Part shown: positions 42,706-63,305 of the stretch, piece after piece | How the letters are laid out: each line of letters starts with the position of its first letter | Numbering within the stretch: the first letter of the stretch is position 1 | Program-made: the position numbers and the translations under genes | Source: an uncultured Gemmatimonadaceae bacterium | GTDB taxonomy: Bacteria > Gemmatimonadota > Gemmatimonadetes > Gemmatimonadales > Gemmatimonadaceae | DNA length: 64,000 bases | Assembly: GCA_963822945.1 (NCBI GenBank) | Contig: CAWGJO010000020.1 | Coordinates: 32,001-96,000, forward strand | Direction of reading: 5' to 3' | Notes under the pieces: generated by a model | What the model was told of the DNA's origin: nothing | Seen by the model: the letters and a program-made list of their open reading frames with translations, nothing else | Database searches by the model: none

Positions 42706-42791
42706 GGTACTGTTCCCGATGAGTTGATCTGCTGCGTCCTTGACAATGGAAGGACGAACGGCCGATGCGCCGCTCCCTCCCGCTCTCCGAC

Positions 42792-44888
<2,097 letters not shown>

Positions 44889-45255
44889 AAGTGTTCTGAA
44901 GTCCCGTCCTGCAATCGGCGCGTCGCGAGGCGCCGGGTAATTGCCAATCGTACGGTTCAAACCTTCACCAACGAAAACGCGGGTGGACCGGGACGCTCCA
45001 GAGGAGCCGGTATCCATCCGCTGCCGCCGGGTGTGCCCGCCACTGCAGCGCGAGCCGGGACCCAAGGCGCGCCGAGCCACCTGCACTCGACGTCTGATTG
45101 TCCTGCGTTGCTTTTCGGGAACCTCGGCGCTACCCGCGCTCCGGCCGGTCTGTAGTCCCCTCGCTCCAATCGGCGAGCCCATAAGGGTCGGCGCGCAGTC
45201 CGCCGACGGTCCAGATGCCACGGATTCCAGAGATCAGAATTGCCGTAGCCCCTTG

Positions 45256-45283
45256 AATTTATTGACAGTTGGACGATTGTCAA
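45256..45283 (-). promoter_or_regulatory. Putative sigma70 promoter for fusA-tuf, overlapping a TTGACA-N10-TGTCAA palindrome
   Basis: Minus strand TTGACA-N16-TAAATT; plus strand TTGACAGTTGGACGATTGTCAA. Confidence 0.65.
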
Positions 45284-45365
45284 CGGGCCGCACAGGCCAA
45301 TGTGCACCGGGTCCCGGCCCTACATTCCACCTGGTCGTTCTCGCCTTCTGATGAGGTTGCGCTTC

Positions 45366-45890
45366 ATGCCTCGCCGATCGCACCAAACGCTCGTTCGCAC
45401 CGGCCTCGCCCTCGCCCTCGCCCTCCTCCTGCTCCCCACCGCCACCCGGGCTCAGTCCGCCGTCCAGGCGGGCGGCGTCCCCGTGCCCGCGGCGAGCATC
45501 TTCCCCTTTCTCGGCGCCCGATTCGGCACGCCGGCGCGGTTCTCGGTCAGCGGCGGCATCGGCCTCAACCTCGACCCGGGAGCCGAAGCCACCCAGCCGT
45601 CGCGGGAGATCCTCCTCGCCCTCGCTCCGGGACTCGGCGCCGAGCGCGGGTCCCTGACCTTCGTCTACTCGCCGGGCCGCTTCGGTGGCGGGATCGCGGG
45701 CGGCGCTTCCGTGATCCGCACGATCGACCACCCCTGGAACGCGCCGGAGAACACCACCTACGTCGGCGTCGACCTCGCCGTGCTGCCCATCATCGCCATC
45801 GGGCCGCGGGTGGGGGTGCTCCGCCGGGTGAGCGGGGCCACGAACGACCGGCCCTGGATCTGGACGCTGGACTTCGGCTTCGGGTTCTAG
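45366..45890 (+). CDS. Exported hypothetical protein, probable small outer-membrane beta-barrel
   Basis: Signal peptide (LALALALLLLPTATRA/Q), alternating Gly/aromatic strands, C-terminal WTLDFGFGF ending in Phe. Confidence 0.7.
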   Translation: MPRRSHQTLVRTGLALALALLLLPTATRAQSAVQAGGVPVPAASIFPFLGARFGTPARFSVSGGIGLNLDPGAEATQPSREILLALAPGLGAERGSLTFVYSPGRFGGGIAGGASVIRTIDHPWNAPENTTYVGVDLAVLPIIAIGPRVGVLRRVSGATNDRPWIWTLDFGFGF

Positions 45891-45948
45891 CGCGCCCCCG
45901 CCGCACCGAGCGGGAGGGGGCACGCCCCTCCCGCCGGTATCCGGGCGA

Positions 45949-47118
45949 TCAGTGCTCCATATCCCACGAGGGATTGTCTTCGTTGGCGCCCGGCACGACC
46001 ACCCGCAGGATCTCACCGGGAATCGGCGGGCCGAACCCGATGTTCGAGATGTACAGACGGCCGTCCGGCCCGAAGCGCATCGCCGTCGGCAGGAAGAGTC
46101 CGTCGACGATCACGTCCCGGTGTCCGAGTCGGTCGATCCGCACCACCCGCCCATTCAACGGCGTCGGGCTGTCGCCGGCCACCGTGGTGTTCTCCAGCAC
46201 GTAGAGCCGCCCCGCATGGTCGAAGTCCAGTCCCAGGACAGTCGTGAACCCACCGGCCACGTCGGAGATCGCTCCGGTCTTCGAAATGCGGATGATCTTC
46301 TGCGTCCCCGGTATCACGGGAAACGTGCCGAGGTCGCTGACGTAGTAGGCACCCCGCCGCTCGGCCACTACCGTCGGAACCCAATGCCCTTCCGTTGCCG
46401 AGATGTCCGCAATTCGACGGATGCGGCCAGTGCGCGGATTCACCCGAACGAAGTCCCCATGGTTCGGCTCGACGGCAACCAGCGAGGCACCCGACCGGAT
46501 CATGCTGAACCAAGTGCCCGTCGGTTCGAAGTCCTCATCCTCGATCACGGCCGTCGCATGGGTCATCTCGAAGGCGCCGAGATCGCTGATGATTCGCCAG
46601 GAGCCGTTCGGCCTCACCCGCGCGATCCCCTGCGGGACGTCGGGGCTTCCGTGGTCGCAGCCCCCGCCGGACATCATGGCGTACAGCGTCCTCCCTACGA
46701 AAGCGACGTCGGCCACGCCGGTGACGAGGCCGAGCTGGTTCTGCGCGGACGGAAATCCCTGCGCGAACACGGTCACGTTTCCGTGCCGGTCGATCCGTGA
46801 GATCCGGGAGGTTGGACCCGCGGTATACGGGCCCACCGGGGCCGGCACCTGTTGGCACTGCTCCGGCGTGGTGCCCTGGGTCCCGCCAGTGCCGGCCTCG
46901 GCCACGTACATGTCGCCGTTCGGTGCCCAGGCCATGCCGCGGGGGAATTCAAGGCCGCTGGCGAAGACCTCGGGTGTCAGCGGCAGCGTGGTCGGTGGCC
47001 TCCGATTGAGCGCGACACCAGCGTCGGGGGCGCTTCCGTTTTTCGGTGCGGTGCCTGACTCGCAGGCCACGAGCAGCGCAAGCACCACAGGGTAGAACAC
47101 GGTACGGCGACACAGCAT
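45949..47118 (-). CDS. ScyD/ScyE-family beta-propeller protein, predicted lipoprotein
   Basis: Lipobox LVAC; ASGLEFPRGM, YVAEAGTGG, GHWVPT, GFTTVLGLDF, LYVLE, FGPDGRLYISN; RBS GGAGG. Confidence 0.8.
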   Translation of the reverse strand: MLCRRTVFYPVVLALLVACESGTAPKNGSAPDAGVALNRRPPTTLPLTPEVFASGLEFPRGMAWAPNGDMYVAEAGTGGTQGTTPEQCQQVPAPVGPYTAGPTSRISRIDRHGNVTVFAQGFPSAQNQLGLVTGVADVAFVGRTLYAMMSGGGCDHGSPDVPQGIARVRPNGSWRIISDLGAFEMTHATAVIEDEDFEPTGTWFSMIRSGASLVAVEPNHGDFVRVNPRTGRIRRIADISATEGHWVPTVVAERRGAYYVSDLGTFPVIPGTQKIIRISKTGAISDVAGGFTTVLGLDFDHAGRLYVLENTTVAGDSPTPLNGRVVRIDRLGHRDVIVDGLFLPTAMRFGPDGRLYISNIGFGPPIPGEILRVVVPGANEDNPSWDMEH

Positions 47119-47171
47119 ACGACCTCCATGGGTGAACGAGCGTCGGTTGATGAGTCCGGGAGGGCGACAGG

Positions 47172-47231
47172 GTACCGCCAGGGCGTCCGCCAGCCGTCCG
47201 GAGTTCGTCCGGACGGGGGTCCGGACGGCTG
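47172..47231. promoter_or_regulatory. Helically phased direct repeats and palindrome in divergent intergenic region; candidate SARP operator
   Basis: GTCCGCC 47185, GTCCGGA 47196, 47207, 47219; CAGCCGTCCGGA..TCCGGACGGCTG inverted repeat. Confidence 0.55.
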
Positions 47232-47300
47232 CGGCGACCCTCTCTATCGGGAATCCGGAAGCGCCGTAGATTCTGGCCACCCCCGACGGCGGGATAGACG

Positions 47301-49328
47301 GTGACATCAACAGCACGAGAACCGATCCTCCTCCAGGTTCTCGGCCCGGTGTATCTGCGCCGGCCGGACGGCAGGCCCCTGCCCGCGCCGCTCACACAGC
47401 CCCGCCCGCTGGCCGTTCTGGCCTACCTCGCGCTGGCCCGCCCGCGCGGACTGCACTCGCGGGACACGCTCCTGGCCCTGCTTTGGCCCGAGGCCACTCA
47501 GGCCGGCGGCCGCCACGCCCTCCGCAACGCCCTCCACGCCGTCCGACAGGCGTTGGGAGAGGACGTCCTTGTCACCGCGGGCGATGCGCTCGTCGGAGTT
47601 GACCCGGGCCGGCTGGCCTGCGACGCCCTCCTGCTCGAGCAGGATCTCGCCGAAGGCCGGCTCGAGGAAGCCTTCCGCCGCTATCAGGGCGAGCTGCTGC
47701 AGGGATTCTTCGTCGCCAGCGCCCCCGGGTTCGAACGCTGGCTCGACGAGGAACGGCAGCGCATTCGGGAGGCGCTGCGGCACACGGCATGGCAGCGGGC
47801 CACACATCTGACGGACGGTGGCGATTGGCTGGGGGCGGCGGCCGAGGCGCGCCGGGCATACGCACTGGCGCCGGACGACGAGCGTGGACTGGGACGGCTG
47901 ATGGAATACCTCGCAGCGGCCGGTGATCGGACCGGCGCCCTGGAGCTGTTCGACGAATTCGCCGCCCGGCTCCACGACGAGTACGACATCCAGCCCTCGG
48001 CGGAGACGGTGGCGCGTGCCGATGCCATCCGGGCCGCCGTCCCAGCCGGCCCCGCAGTGAGGCGGGTCGGGCCGCCCACCCGCCGGATCATGGATCGGAC
48101 CGCCATCCCGACTACGGTGGCGGAACCGGAATTCACCACCGGCTCCAACCGCCCCCGGCTTCCGGTCACGCGTCGCCGCCAATGGTTCGGCGCCTTGGCT
48201 GTCGTGGCCACGATCATCATCGCGAGCCTCATAGCCATGGTCCGGCGATCCCCGGCCGGCACGGAGCTGTCGGACCCGATGGCCCGACAGGCGCGGCAGC
48301 AGGTAACGGCGCTGGGCGCCACACTACCCGCCCGTTACCGGGCGGACACGGCGCACTTCCGGCGCTACTTCCGGGCCGAGGAGATCCTGGACCGCGGGTT
48401 CGTGACGGAGGCGCGCGACAGCATGCGCCGACTGACCGAAGACGCGCCGTTCTACGCCCCGGGCTGGACGGGCTACGCGTCGGCGTTGAGTCTGTCAGGC
48501 TTCGCCGACATCCCGCCCAAGGAAGCGCTTCCCCGCTCGCTCGCTGCCGCCGAGCGGGGATTGGCGCTCGACAGCACGCTGCTGGAAGGAGCCGTCGTCC
48601 TGATCGCGTACGACATGTTCGGGCGCTGGGATCTCGACGCGGCGCATGCAAAGCTGAACGCGGCGCTGGCCCGGGCCCCCGACGATCCCGCGCTGAACAA
48701 CGTGTTGGCCGCCTGGTATCGATGGCGGGGCGATCTGGCCAAGGCAGTCGAGGTGAAGCGGCGCGCGGCCGCGCTTCAGCCGCTGTCCCGATGGCTCAAC
48801 GAGCAGGTGGCGTGGAATCTCTATCTGTCCCACCGCTGCGCGGAGGCGGCGGAGATCTACCGGCGGCTGGTGACCGAGGGATTCATCACGGTCGACGAGG
48901 ATCTCAGACTCTTTCATACGTACAAGTGCATGGGGCGCCTCGACGACGCGGCGGCGGCGTTGCACGCGTCGCTGCTGCGCGCCGGGGACTCGGCGCTGGC
49001 CCGGCTGCTCGATCCGCCGCTCGACTCCACGCGACGCGACGCGGCGTTTCGCGCAGTGGCCCGCGCGCGGCTGGACCGCTACCTGGCCGCGCGGAAGCAC
49101 GGGTGGCGCCCGTCCGAGACGGCCGTCTTCGACTACGCGGACCTCGGGGACGCCGACTCGACGTTGATCTGGCTCGATTCCATGTGGGTCGAGCGGTCGA
49201 TGCATCTGCACGTCGTGCCGTTCGACCCGGCGCTCGATTTTCTGCGGTCCGATCCGCGGTTCAAGTCCTTCGTTGCGAGGCTCCCGTGGAAGCCCAGGCT
49301 CGACGCGGGCGCCGATCCGAACCGGTGA
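47301..49328 (+). CDS. SARP-type transcriptional regulator (OmpR-like wHTH + BTAD), central transmembrane helix, C-terminal TPR region
   Basis: LQVLGP, LAYLAL, SRDTLLALLWPE, LRNALH, YQGELLQGF, FERWLDEER, PSAET; hydrophobic WFGALAVVATIIIASLIAM; DPALDFLRSDPRF terminus. Confidence 0.88.
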   Translation: MTSTAREPILLQVLGPVYLRRPDGRPLPAPLTQPRPLAVLAYLALARPRGLHSRDTLLALLWPEATQAGGRHALRNALHAVRQALGEDVLVTAGDALVGVDPGRLACDALLLEQDLAEGRLEEAFRRYQGELLQGFFVASAPGFERWLDEERQRIREALRHTAWQRATHLTDGGDWLGAAAEARRAYALAPDDERGLGRLMEYLAAAGDRTGALELFDEFAARLHDEYDIQPSAETVARADAIRAAVPAGPAVRRVGPPTRRIMDRTAIPTTVAEPEFTTGSNRPRLPVTRRRQWFGALAVVATIIIASLIAMVRRSPAGTELSDPMARQARQQVTALGATLPARYRADTAHFRRYFRAEEILDRGFVTEARDSMRRLTEDAPFYAPGWTGYASALSLSGFADIPPKEALPRSLAAAERGLALDSTLLEGAVVLIAYDMFGRWDLDAAHAKLNAALARAPDDPALNNVLAAWYRWRGDLAKAVEVKRRAAALQPLSRWLNEQVAWNLYLSHRCAEAAEIYRRLVTEGFITVDEDLRLFHTYKCMGRLDDAAAALHASLLRAGDSALARLLDPPLDSTRRDAAFRAVARARLDRYLAARKHGWRPSETAVFDYADLGDADSTLIWLDSMWVERSMHLHVVPFDPALDFLRSDPRFKSFVARLPWKPRLDAGADPNR

Positions 49329-49381
49329 CGCCAGCCGGCGGGCGCACGGCGGCGAACTCGTGTCGCGGCGGGGACCGACGC

Positions 49382-49421
49382 ACGACGCCCCGCCCGGTGC
49401 TGGGACCGGGCGGGGCGTCGT
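49382..49421. terminator. 17-bp hairpin between the convergent regulator gene and rpsG; probable bidirectional terminator
   Basis: ACGACGCCCCGCCCGGT-GCTGGG-ACCGGGCGGGGCGTCGT; no clear U tract. Confidence 0.65.
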
Positions 49422-49443
49422 CGTAGCGAAGATCGAAGCGCGC

Positions 49444-49914
49444 TTACCAGCGATAGTGCGCGAATGCCTTGTTCGCGTCGGCCATGCGGTGCGTGTCTTC
49501 CTTCTTCTTGACCGAGTTGCCTTCGCCCTTGGACGCGGCAATCACCTCGGCGGCCAGCTTCTCGGCCATCGACTTCTCGCCGCGGTCGCGGGAATACGAG
49601 ATCAGCCAGCGCATGGCGAGCGCGGTGCGGCGCTCCGGGCGGACCTCGACCGGCACCTGGTACGTGGCGCCGCCGACGCGGCGGCTCTTCACCTCGACCA
49701 CCGGCTTCACGTTGGACAGCGCCTGCTTGAACACGTTCACGCCGGGCTGGCTGGTCTTCTCTTCCACGATGTCCATCGCGCCGTAGAAGATGCGTTCGGC
49801 GGTGGACTTCTTGCCGGCGAGCATCATCGCGTTGATGAACTTCGAGACGGTCTGGCTATCGTAGCGCGCATCGGGCAGGACGCTGCGCTTTACGGCACTC
49901 TTGCGACGGCTCAT
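49444..49914 (-). CDS. rpsG: 30S ribosomal protein S7
   Basis: [34 protein letters not shown]. Confidence 0.98.
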   Translation of the reverse strand: MSRRKSAVKRSVLPDARYDSQTVSKFINAMMLAGKKSTAERIFYGAMDIVEEKTSQPGVNVFKQALSNVKPVVEVKSRRVGGATYQVPVEVRPERRTALAMRWLISYSRDRGEKSMAEKLAAEVIAASKGEGNSVKKKEDTHRMADANKAFAHYRW

Positions 49915-49917
49915 GGT

Positions 49918-50298
<381 letters not shown>

Positions 50299-50368
50299 GA
50301 ACCTGTGCTGTTCGTGAATCTGCTTCTACGTGAATCGCCCCAGATGGGCGGCACGGAACAGAACCCTT

Positions 50369-50397
50369 AAGGTAGCCGTCGCGGCGGGGTCGGTCAA
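50369..50397 (-). promoter_or_regulatory. Putative sigma70 promoter of rpsL
   Basis: TTGACC-N17-TACCTT about 70 nt upstream of rpsL. Confidence 0.65.
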
Positions 50398-50444
50398 GGC
50401 GTGTAAACCCGCTCCCCGGCAACCGTTACGGCACGTCGCACACC

Positions 50445-50480
50445 GAAACGAACGGCCCGCCGGACGAATCCGGCGGGCCG
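50445..50480 (-). terminator. Intrinsic terminator after rpoC
   Basis: 12-bp stem CGGCCCGCCGGA-TTCG-TCCGGCGGGCCG followed by TTCGTTTC. Confidence 0.8.
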
Positions 50481-50506
50481 CCTGTCTGGTGCGGAACGAA
50501 GGACCG

Positions 50507-54824
<4,318 letters not shown>

Positions 54825-54827
54825 CGC

Positions 54828-59417
<4,590 letters not shown>

Positions 59418-59563
59418 GGCTCACCCGCGCAAGCGAAAAAACGACCGGGACCCCCGACGCGCGAAAGGGCGCGTGGGGCAGGCCGTGTTGCCACGAAACC
59501 GACGATTGTGGTGCTGGGATGCGATATCACTAATGGCAGACCGGCGAAGGGAAAGGGAGACGG

Positions 59564-59595
59564 GGTGGGACCGCGGCGGAAGCCGCGGTCCCACC
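59564..59595 (-). terminator. 14-bp hairpin between rplL and rpoB (terminator/attenuator-like)
   Basis: GGTGGGACCGCGGC-loop-GCCGCGGTCCCACC followed on minus strand by a pyrimidine-rich tract. Confidence 0.65.
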
Positions 59596-59604
59596 GGAAC
59601 CGGC

Positions 59605-59997
59605 TCACTTCACTTCGACGACTGCGCCCTGCTCTTCCAACTTGGCCTTGACGGCGGCCGCCTCGTCCTTGGACACGCCGGACTTCACGGCCTGCGGAGC
59701 GCCGTCCACCATGTCCTTCGCCTCCTTGAGGCCGAGACCGGTGAGTTCACGGACCACCTTGATGACCTGGATCTTCTTGCTGCCCGCTTCCTTGAGGACG
59801 ACGTCGAACTCCGTCTGCTCCTCAGCCGCCGGCGCGGCGGCCGCGCCGCCGCCCGCGGGTGCGCCACCCACCGGGGCGGCCGCGATCGTGACGTTGAACT
59901 TCTCCTTGAAGGCCTCAATCAGCTCGGACAACTCGAACACCGACATGTTCCCGATGGCGTCGAGAATTTCGTCCTTGCCCATCGTCGCATTTGCCAT
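59605..59997 (-). CDS. rplL: 50S ribosomal protein L7/L12
   Basis: [25 protein letters not shown]. Confidence 0.98.
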   Translation of the reverse strand: MANATMGKDEILDAIGNMSVFELSELIEAFKEKFNVTIAAAPVGGAPAGGGAAAAPAAEEQTEFDVVLKEAGSKKIQVIKVVRELTGLGLKEAKDMVDGAPQAVKSGVSKDEAAAVKAKLEEQGAVVEVK

Positions 59998-60064
59998 TGT
60001 CGTTCTCTCCTCGTCGTTCCCAGGGTCCCCTGGGGCGTTGGTCAGGCGATACGCCTGGGAATTA

Positions 60065-60580
60065 TCAGGCGCCCTCGCGCTGCGTCTTCAGCGCGTCGAG
60101 CGATCCAGCGAACATGTACAGCAGGCCATTCATGGCGCCCAGGAAGGCGGCCATCGGGGACTGCAATCCGGCGCCCAGCTCGGCGAGCATCTGCTCGCGC
60201 GACGGCATGGCCGCCAACTTCTTGACCTGCTCCGAGTCGAGGGCGCGGCCCTCCATCAGGCCGCCCTTCACCACCGGCTTCTGGTCGTTCTCCCTGGCGA
60301 AGTCGGAGAGCACTTTGGCCGCCACCAGCGGGTCGTTGGACACGACGAGACCCGTGGGGCCCCGCAGCGGCTGACTCAGCAATCCTGCTTCCTGCACGGC
60401 CCGGAGGGCCAGAGTGTTCTTGATGACCACGTACTCCACATTGGCCTTGCGCAGCCGGCGCCGGAGCTCCGTCATGCGCTTCACGTTCAGCCCGGTGAAG
60501 TCGGTGTAATACAGCGTGTTGGCCCCCGCCATCTTCTCTCGCAGCTCGGTGACGAGCTGTTCCTTGTCGGCTCGTTTCAT
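60065..60580 (-). CDS. rplJ: 50S ribosomal protein L10
   Basis: [24 protein letters not shown]; between rplA and rplL. Confidence 0.96.
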   Translation of the reverse strand: MKRADKEQLVTELREKMAGANTLYYTDFTGLNVKRMTELRRRLRKANVEYVVIKNTLALRAVQEAGLLSQPLRGPTGLVVSNDPLVAAKVLSDFARENDQKPVVKGGLMEGRALDSEQVKKLAAMPSREQMLAELGAGLQSPMAAFLGAMNGLLYMFAGSLDALKTQREGA

Positions 60581-60586
60581 CGCTCG

Positions 60587-61276
60587 TTACCGGTAGGGGG
60601 TGGTATCGACCATGACGCCGGGGCCCATCGTGCTCGAGACCGCGACGTTCCGTACGTAGACGCCCTTGGCGGCGGTGGGCTTGGCCCGGACCACCTGATC
60701 CATGAACGCCGTGAAATTCTGTTCCAGCGCATCGAGCCCGAACGAGACCTTGCCGATGGCGGCGTGGAGATTCCCCGCCTTGTCGACCCGGAACTCGATC
60801 TTGCCGGCCTTGGTCTCCGCGACCGCGGCCCCGACGTTGAACGTCACCGTTCCCGCCTTCGGATTGGGCATCAGGCCGCGGGGACCGAGAATCCGGCCGA
60901 GCGCGCCCAGCTGCCCCATCTGATCGGGCGTGGCGATGAGGACGTCGAAGTCGAGCCATCCATCCTTGATCTTCTGGATGAACTCGACGCCGGCATAGTC
61001 GGCGCCGGCATCCTGCGCTTCCTTCAGTTTGTCGCCGACCGCGATCACGAGCACCCGCACCGCCTTTCCGGTACCCGCCGGAAGGACGACGGTGCCGCGC
61101 ACCACCTGGTCGGCATGCCGCGGATCGACGCCGAGGCGAACCGCCACCTCGACCGTTTCATCGAACTTCGCGAATGCCGCCGACTTCACCAGATCCAGCG
61201 CCTGCCGGGCCTGGTACGCGGTCTTGAGCTCGCGCCGCTTGGCGGCGGCTTCGTAGTTCTTGCCGTGGGTGCGCAT
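60587..61276 (-). CDS. rplA: 50S ribosomal protein L1
   Basis: [35 protein letters not shown]. Confidence 0.98.
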   Translation of the reverse strand: MRTHGKNYEAAAKRRELKTAYQARQALDLVKSAAFAKFDETVEVAVRLGVDPRHADQVVRGTVVLPAGTGKAVRVLVIAVGDKLKEAQDAGADYAGVEFIQKIKDGWLDFDVLIATPDQMGQLGALGRILGPRGLMPNPKAGTVTFNVGAAVAETKAGKIEFRVDKAGNLHAAIGKVSFGLDALEQNFTAFMDQVVRAKPTAAKGVYVRNVAVSSTMGPGVMVDTTPYR

Positions 61277-61701
61277 CAGTCCGCCACCTCGAGCCCCATC
61301 GAACGCGCCGCGCCGGCTACCATGGCCATGGCGGATTCGATGGAGTCACAGTTGAGATCGGGCATCTTGATCTCGGCGATCTTGCGCAGCTGCGCCCGAG
61401 TCACGCTTCCCACCTTGTTCCGATTGGGCTGTCCAGATCCCTTCTCGATCCCCAGTTCCTTCTTGAGGAGCACCGCCGCCGGCGGCGTCTTCAGAATGAA
61501 GGTGAACGACTTGTCGGCGTAGATCGTGACCTCGACCGGCAGGATGATCCCATCCTGGCTCTGCGTCCGGGAGTTGAACTCCTTGCAGAAGGCCATGATG
61601 TTGATGCCCTGCGGACCGAGCGCCGTGCCGACCGGGGGCGCGGGGTTGGCGCGTCCGGCCGGGATCTGCAGCTTGACGAACCCGGTGACTTTCTTGGCCA
61701 T
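61276..61701 (-). CDS. rplK: 50S ribosomal protein L11
   Basis: [32 protein letters not shown]. Confidence 0.98.
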   Translation of the reverse strand: MAKKVTGFVKLQIPAGRANPAPPVGTALGPQGINIMAFCKEFNSRTQSQDGIILPVEVTIYADKSFTFILKTPPAAVLLKKELGIEKGSGQPNRNKVGSVTRAQLRKIAEIKMPDLNCDSIESAMAMVAGAARSMGLEVAD

Positions 61702-61840
61702 AGGACTCCTATCACGTTGGCCGCGACTCAGCGCGCGGCAAACTCCCACTGTTGTTTCCGGCGTCGGAGTGGTGGCCGACGGAACCGCATCCCAACACCG
61801 TCCGACCGTCGTGGTGTCCGACGGTCAGCCAGTCAAACAG

Positions 61841-62383
61841 TCAGTACGCTTTGAGCTGGAGATAGTCCAACTCAACGGACGTCGGCCGCCCGAACAGCGA
61901 CACCGACACCCGCACCTTGCCCTTGTCGGGCATCACCTCTTCCACCGTGCCGTTGAAGTCGGTGAACGGCCCTTCGGTGATCGCCACCGCCTGGCCCACG
62001 AGGAAGGGGATCTCCTCCACCGGCTCCTGTGGTTCGACTTCTTCCGTGATGCCGAGCAGCCGGTTGACTTCGTCCGGCCGCAGCGGCTGTGGCAGCCGAT
62101 CCTGTCCCACGAACTTGATCACGCCCTGGATCGAGTTGATGACATGCAGGGTCTCCTGGTTCATGTCCATCTCGACCAGCACGTACCCGGGGAACAGCTT
62201 CCGCTCCACGTTGACCTTCTTGCCGTTCTTGATCTCCACGACTTCCTGCGTCGGCACCAGCGCCTGACGGATCGGACGCACGGTCGGCTCGCGGGGATCC
62301 TGATCGATCTTCCGCTGGACGAGCGAACGGACCTTGTTCTCGTGTCCGGACGTCGTCTGTATGGCGTACCAGCGATGCTCCAT
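61841..62383 (-). CDS. nusG: Transcription termination/antitermination factor NusG
   Basis: WYAIQTTSGHE, FPGYVLV, GPFTDFNG, FGRPTSVEL. Confidence 0.97.
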   Translation of the reverse strand: MEHRWYAIQTTSGHENKVRSLVQRKIDQDPREPTVRPIRQALVPTQEVVEIKNGKKVNVERKLFPGYVLVEMDMNQETLHVINSIQGVIKFVGQDRLPQPLRPDEVNRLLGITEEVEPQEPVEEIPFLVGQAVAITEGPFTDFNGTVEEVMPDKGKVRVSVSLFGRPTSVELDYLQLKAY

Positions 62384-62388
62384 GCCGG

Positions 62389-62631
62389 CTACCCGAGGAA
62401 CAGGCGCGGCAGAAGGGTCACGAGCACCCCCTGCAGGACGAAATCCATGATCGTGATCGCCATGCCGATGAGCAGCACGAAGATGATGATCGCGATCGTG
62501 GCCGAGCGCACCTGCGGGAAATCCGGCCACGTCACCTTGCGCAACTCGGCCATCACCGAGTGGTAGTACGCGATGCTGCCGCGGACGAACCCGACCTTCG
62601 GCTCCCCCCCGGAAGTGGTCACGTCAGCCAT
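62389..62631 (-). CDS. secE: Preprotein translocase subunit SecE
   Basis: ELRKVTWP followed by one transmembrane helix; directly upstream of nusG. Confidence 0.94.
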   Translation of the reverse strand: MADVTTSGGEPKVGFVRGSIAYYHSVMAELRKVTWPDFPQVRSATIAIIIFVLLIGMAITIMDFVLQGVLVTLLPRLFLG

Positions 62632-62633
62632 GA

Positions 62634-62786
62634 TTACTTGGTTTCCTTGTGCACCTGATGCTTGTTGCAACGCGGACAATACTTCTTCCACTCCACGCGC
62701 TCCGGATGGAGGCGGCGGTTCTTCATGGTGAAGTAGTTCCGGTTCTTGCACTCGCTGCACGCGAGGATGATTTTTTCGCGAGGCAT
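62634..62786 (-). CDS. rpmG: 50S ribosomal protein L33, zinc-binding form (absent from ORF track)
   Basis: Manual translation [50 protein letters not shown]. Confidence 0.95.
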   Translation of the reverse strand: MPREKIILACSECKNRNYFTMKNRRLHPERVEWKKYCPRCNKHQVHKETK

Positions 62787-62852
62787 CTCAAGTTCTCGTG
62801 TTGACCGCACCCGTGATGGCGCGGGTCCCGCTTCCTGCCGTCAATCGTCCAG

Positions 62853-62925
62853 AGCTCGCGATCGGGATTGAACCGATGACCTCACCCTTACCAAGGGTGT
62901 GCTCTACCAACTGAGCTACGCGAGC
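62853..62925 (-). tRNA. tRNA-Thr(GGT)
   Basis: Acceptor GCTCGCG/CGCGAGC, anticodon arm CACCC-TTGGTAA-GGGTG, T loop GTTCAAT; CCA not encoded. Confidence 0.96.
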
Positions 62926-63046
62926 AACGATGTCCCTGCCCCGCTGACGCGGGTCCCACCGAAACCACGAGCCGCCACGAGTGCTGCGGCGGCCCGCCGA
63001 GCCGATCTCCTGCCACCTGCCGTTGTGCCCTGCGGCCCTGATCCAG

Positions 63047-63119
63047 AGCGGGAGACGGGGCTCGAACCCGCGACATCAAGCTTGGAAGGCTTGCGCTCTA
63101 CCAGCTGAGCTACTCCCGC
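63047..63119 (-). tRNA. tRNA-Gly(TCC)
   Basis: Acceptor GCGGGAG/CTCCCGC, anticodon arm CAAGC-CTTCCAA-GCTTG, GTTCGAG; CCA not encoded. Confidence 0.96.
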
Positions 63120-63166
63120 GTTTCCCCCTCTCTCGTTCCCCGACGGTTGCGCACCGCACACACCGA

Positions 63167-63249
63167 TGGTGGGGGAAGGATTCGAACCTTCGAAGGCATA
63201 AGCCGGCAGATTTACAGTCTGCTCCCGTTGGCCGCTTGGGTACCCCACC
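63167..63249 (-). tRNA. tRNA-Tyr(GTA)
   Basis: Acceptor GGTGGGG/CCCCACC, anticodon arm GCAGA-CTGTAAA-TCTGC, long variable arm, GTTCGAAT. Confidence 0.96.
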
Positions 63250-63305
63250 GTCGTACGCGCCCACACTCGCCCGCGCGCCAGACCTCACGCGCACGTTCGA
63301 CTCAG

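Noticed and set aside
44889..45221. 111-aa N-terminal extension of EF-G suggested by the ORF track
   Set aside because: Homology begins at MARTTPL; upstream translation is not protein-like and overlaps hairpins better explained as leader RNA.
45949..47118. Scytonemin biosynthesis cluster
   Set aside because: Only a ScyD/E-like gene; no scyA/B/C, ebo or aromatic amino acid pathway genes nearby.
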